A stretch of 1,672 bases of DNA from Escherichia coli (GTDB lineage: Bacteria > Pseudomonadota > Gammaproteobacteria > Enterobacterales > Enterobacteriaceae). The DNA lies in assembly GCF_003334355.1 (NCBI RefSeq), contig NZ_QOWP01000082.1. The stretch is one strand, 5' to 3'. The notes under the pieces were generated by a model. It ran no database searches. It was not told where the DNA came from and was given only the letters and a program-made list of their open reading frames with translations. The position numbers were made by a program, and so were the translations under genes. Of this stretch, positions 1-1,672 are shown in pieces (the first letter of the stretch is position 1; every line of letters starts with the position of its first letter).

Positions 1-54
1 TTGTCTGTAATCGGGGATAATAGAAATATGTTCCATCAATTTTTTAAGTTCCAT
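1..54 (-). CDS. ISAs1-family transposase (H-repeat-associated protein, ORF-H), N-terminal 18 codons only; CDS continues beyond the left edge (5' end in window, 3' partial).
   Basis: Minus strand reads TAAGGAGAACAAA ATG GAA CTT AAA AAA TTG ATG GAA CAT ATT TCT ATT ATC CCC GAT TAC AGA CAA = MELKKLMEHISIIPDYRQ. This matches the N-terminus of E. coli H-repeat / ISAs1-type transposases (YhhI/YdcC/YbfD-like) as I remember them. Consensus SD AAGGAG sits 6 nt upstream. H-repeats are classically found next to Rhs elements. Too short to appear in the ORF track. Confidence 0.65.
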   Translation of the reverse strand, partial: MELKKLMEHISIIPDYRQ

Positions 55-60
55 TTTGTT

Positions 61-66
61 CTCCTT
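61..66 (-). promoter_or_regulatory. Shine-Dalgarno (AAGGAG) of the ISAs1/H-repeat transposase gene
   Basis: Plus-strand CTCCTT at 61..66 is AAGGAG on the minus strand; 6-nt spacer (AACAAA) to the ATG at 54..52. Confidence 0.55.
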
Positions 67-161
67 AATTATGTAAGAAGTATTTGATCATGTATAAGCA
101 ATAAAAAACAGCTTCAGGTAATAAGGAATATCTCAATTTTTAAACATAAAATGCGAATTAT

Positions 162-545
162 TTAGTGCAAAAAGTGAACTTTTGATGATCTTTCCCTGGC
201 CGTTGACTTGATTGCCGTAGCTCGAACGCAAGCACTCTTATCATTCAATGCCATATTGTTCAAAATATTAAAAACATTATCTTCGCATTTTTTGCAAATT
301 TATATTTGCCCGAGTATAAATGCTCCGATATCTCTACGGATATAATTTTTGTCAGTGCAGAATTCAATTGCCAATCTAACAGCGTCTTGCCCCCCTCTTA
401 ACTGTAATACTCTGGCAGATGAAATCCTTTTCAAGGAATTGCGATCATCAAGTAAGCGAAATAATTCATCATCATTTAGTTTCTTACATTTATTATATAA
501 ACCATACTCTTTACTTGCCTTTCTTTTCTGGTATGTATTTGACAT
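162..545 (-). pseudogene. yibA: yibA-like HEAT-repeat protein gene (Rhs-associated, putative orphan immunity gene), disrupted. The intact ORF 545->300 encodes only the N-terminal 81 aa; an in-frame TAA at 302..300 is followed by 45 more in-frame codons to a second stop at 164..162.
   Basis: Translation MSNTYQKRKASKEYGLYNKCKKLNDDELFRLLDDRNSLKRISSARVLQLRGGQDAVRLAIEFCTDKNYIRRDIGAFILGQI* matches the N-terminus of E. coli YibA (about 280 aa, HEAT-repeat protein) as I remember it. After the TAA the same frame reads ICKKCEDNVFNILNNMALNDKSACVRATAI..., which continues the remembered YibA sequence (a Lys codon there in K-12), so the stop looks like a nonsense substitution. Strong SD GGAGG at 558..554, 8 nt upstream of ATG 545..543. 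The track ORF 300..560 starts at an ATG that overlaps the SD and is less likely the true start. Confidence 0.75.
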
Positions 546-553
546 TGCAGGAA

Positions 554-558
554 CCTCC
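554..558 (-). promoter_or_regulatory. Shine-Dalgarno (GGAGG) of the yibA-like ORF
   Basis: Plus-strand CCTCC at 554..558 is GGAGG on the minus strand; 8-nt spacer (TTCCTGCA) to the ATG at 545..543. Confidence 0.6.
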
Positions 559-649
559 ATAAAGGCTATCTTTTTCTATCGTTTGACTGTCTGGAGTCCT
601 CCACCTACTCTGCCATCAGCGCACACGATGTTTGATTATCCTTACATAC

Positions 650-1033
650 TTATTTTCCGTGGCCAAAATTCAGAATTCTCCCATCATTTTTGCCTATTTC
701 TATAATAAAAACCCCACCAGCAATTTGGTCTGAGTGAATGGTACCTTCAACAACCCAACTTGTTGTTAACTCAGTGATTTCGTATGGTTTTTCTTCTTCT
801 GCGGCATCCTGTCCATAACGATTCTTAACATATATCTCAGCTAATTCCAATGCTATAGCTTTATTTTTAACCAAATTTCTAACGGTATATTTACCTTCAC
901 TTTCATACTTGCGCATTATTTTAATATTATTATTACACTGCGCCCATGTGTTGTATGTAAAAACAAACAAAGATACAATGACACAGTTCCTAAACAATAT
1001 TTTTTTACATATTACCATGAACTCTGCAGACAT
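650..1033 (-). CDS. Putative Rhs immunity protein (RhsI-like), 127 aa, with predicted N-terminal Sec signal peptide. Alternative start at ATG 1018..1016.
   Basis: Six-frame ORF immediately downstream of the rhs CT, overlapping its last codons by 29 nt (1005..1033), which is the typical rhs/rhsI arrangement. AAAGGA Shine-Dalgarno at 1046..1041, 7 nt upstream of the ATG. N-terminus [31 protein letters not shown]|QC has a basic n-region, an 11-residue hydrophobic core and a T-W-A cleavage-like site. The mature part contains ...[19 protein letters not shown]...[16 protein letters not shown]..., which resembles small immunity-type proteins but is not assigned to a family. Confidence 0.7.
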   Translation of the reverse strand: MSAEFMVICKKILFRNCVIVSLFVFTYNTWAQCNNNIKIMRKYESEGKYTVRNLVKNKAIALELAEIYVKNRYGQDAAEEEKPYEITELTTSWVVEGTIHSDQIAGGVFIIEIGKNDGRILNFGHGK

Positions 1034-1672
1034 TAGGTAATCCTTTTCTGTTTGTTATTTCCTTCCCGTGGTTATCTATTGCTTTAAAATTACCACTGGG
1101 CGTACCTAAATAAAATGACTTGATATTGTTATCTTTACTTTTAACTATTTTCTCATCTTTACCTGAAAATATTTCGTCCCAATATTCTCCATGACTATCT
1201 GCACCATGAGTATGATAAGCTGATACTTTCTCAGTACCATTAGGGCAAGGGCTATTGAATGGATATGATCCTTTTCTTTCTCCTCGGTTAGGTGCTGTTG
1301 AGAAATATCTGCCACTATTATCCTTACATATTAAACCAGCGAACTCTTTATCTTCGCAAATAGATTGGCTATTTATTTTATTTAAGGCGTCATATGCGGT
1401 GCTATCTATAGAATCAAATTTATCTGGACCTATCATAGCGGATAGTGTGCCGCAAAGACCATTAGTACATGCCCCCGATTTTGCATCCTCCCACATAGAT
1501 AAACCCAGGGGGTCGATGTCTGATATCGGATTCAATTGATATCCATACAGGTTCCATCCCCCCTTCAGCCCAATCGGATCCTGAGTGATATATCGCCCCT
1601 GCAGCGGGTCATAATAGCGGTGGCGGTTGTAATACAGGCCGGACTCCTCATCATACTGCTGCCCCGGCAGGC
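1005..1672 (-). CDS. Rhs-family polymorphic toxin, C-terminal portion (3' partial; CDS continues beyond the right edge). Conserved core end is followed by a 164-aa variable C-terminal toxin domain of unrecognised family.
   Basis: Minus-strand frame is open from 1670 to the TAA at 1007..1005. It translates to [57 protein letters not shown], then [18 protein letters not shown]...NVCRVHGNM*. The YDPxxGRYxxxDPIGLxGGxNxYxY...PxxxxDPxGL pattern is the Rhs repeat-associated core end that demarcates the variable CT (DPLGL = 1514..1500). The ORF track starts this ORF at 1535 only because it reads a TTG Leu codon as a start; the frame is open upstream. GC is about 59% in 1561..1672 versus about 33% in 1021..1140 (counted by hand). 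Confidence 0.9.
   Translation of the reverse strand, partial: LPGQQYDEESGLYYNRHRYYDPLQGRYITQDPIGLKGGWNLYGYQLNPISDIDPLGLSMWEDAKSGACTNGLCGTLSAMIGPDKFDSIDSTAYDALNKINSQSICEDKEFAGLICKDNSGRYFSTAPNRGERKGSYPFNSPCPNGTEKVSAYHTHGADSHGEYWDEIFSGKDEKIVKSKDNNIKSFYLGTPSGNFKAIDNHGKEITNRKGLPNVCRVHGNM
1041..1046 (-). promoter_or_regulatory. Shine-Dalgarno (AAAGGA) for the putative immunity gene, embedded in the 3' end of the rhs coding sequence
   Basis: Plus-strand TCCTTT at 1041..1046 is AAAGGA on the minus strand, 7 nt upstream of the ATG at 1033..1031. Confidence 0.5.

Larger units (their letters stand above)
1..165 (-). mobile_element. Probable end of an ISAs1-family (H-repeat) insertion sequence: transposase start plus its 5' leader. 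The element boundary is not resolved and lies somewhere between about 55 and about 210.
   Basis: Transposase N-terminus at 54..1. The yibA-like frame terminates at 164..162, and its resemblance to remembered YibA seems to stop near 210. No terminal inverted repeat could be identified by eye. Confidence 0.35.

Noticed and set aside
55-120. Possible sigma70 promoter for the transposase (TTGCTT ... CATAAT)
   Set aside because: Spacer between the candidate hexamers is about 22 nt, outside the functional range; no better pair was found by eye.
546-560. Upstream ATG (560..558) giving the MEVPA... start used in the ORF track for the yibA-like gene
   Set aside because: This ATG overlaps the GGAGG Shine-Dalgarno itself (ATGGAGG). 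The ATG at 545..543 has correct SD spacing and matches the YibA N-terminus (MSNTYQ...), so 545 is the more likely start.
561-649. Possible promoter or terminator in the 104-bp spacer between the immunity ORF and the yibA-like ORF (short inverted repeats such as GGAG..CTCC at 591..604; a GATAAT -10-like hexamer)
   Set aside because: Stems are only 4 bp with no following T-run. The -10-like hexamer lacks a properly spaced -35 (the best TTGGCC candidate is about 20 nt away). Not supportable from sequence alone.
349-705. 118-aa plus-strand ORF (MSVQNSIANLTASCPP...)
   Set aside because: It lies antisense to the yibA-like ORF and runs through the intergenic region. The translation is low-complexity (Ser/Leu/Phe-rich), there is no convincing SD, and it has no recognisable similarity. 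Most likely a chance ORF in AT-rich DNA opposite a real gene.
1533-1535. Apparent start codon of the 176-aa minus-strand ORF in the track
   Set aside because: It is TTG (Leu) inside the conserved Rhs core (…[10 protein letters not shown]…). The reading frame is open upstream to the window edge, so it is an internal codon, not a start.
1255-1539. 94-aa plus-strand ORF ([18 protein letters not shown]...)
   Set aside because: Entirely antisense to the Rhs CT coding region whose frame is strongly supported by the conserved core motif. No SD and no recognisable domain.
1-1672. CRISPR arrays, tRNA/rRNA genes, long direct repeats
   Set aside because: No repeated spacer-repeat periodicity, no tRNA-like cloverleaf segments and no rRNA-like conserved stretches were seen; the window is fully explained by protein-coding genes and an IS end.

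Overview
This 1672-bp window is the 3' end of an Rhs polymorphic-toxin locus, with all recognisable genes on the minus strand. From right to left: (1) the C-terminal end of an rhs gene (1672->1005, partial), where a GC-rich conserved core ends in the hallmark ...[39 protein letters not shown] motif and is followed by an AT-rich 164-aa C-terminal (CT) domain I cannot assign to any toxin family; (2) a 127-aa ORF (1033->650) overlapping the rhs stop, in the classic immunity-gene position and carrying a Sec-type signal peptide; (3) a yibA-like HEAT-repeat gene fragment (545->300) cut short by a TAA codon, with the frame continuing to about 165; (4) the first 18 codons of an ISAs1-family (H-repeat) transposase (54->1) running off the left edge. 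The most interesting candidate is the unclassified Rhs-CT domain paired with a probably periplasmic immunity protein. No rRNA, tRNA or CRISPR is visible. All family assignments rest on reading the translations by eye and on remembered sequences; no database search was run.
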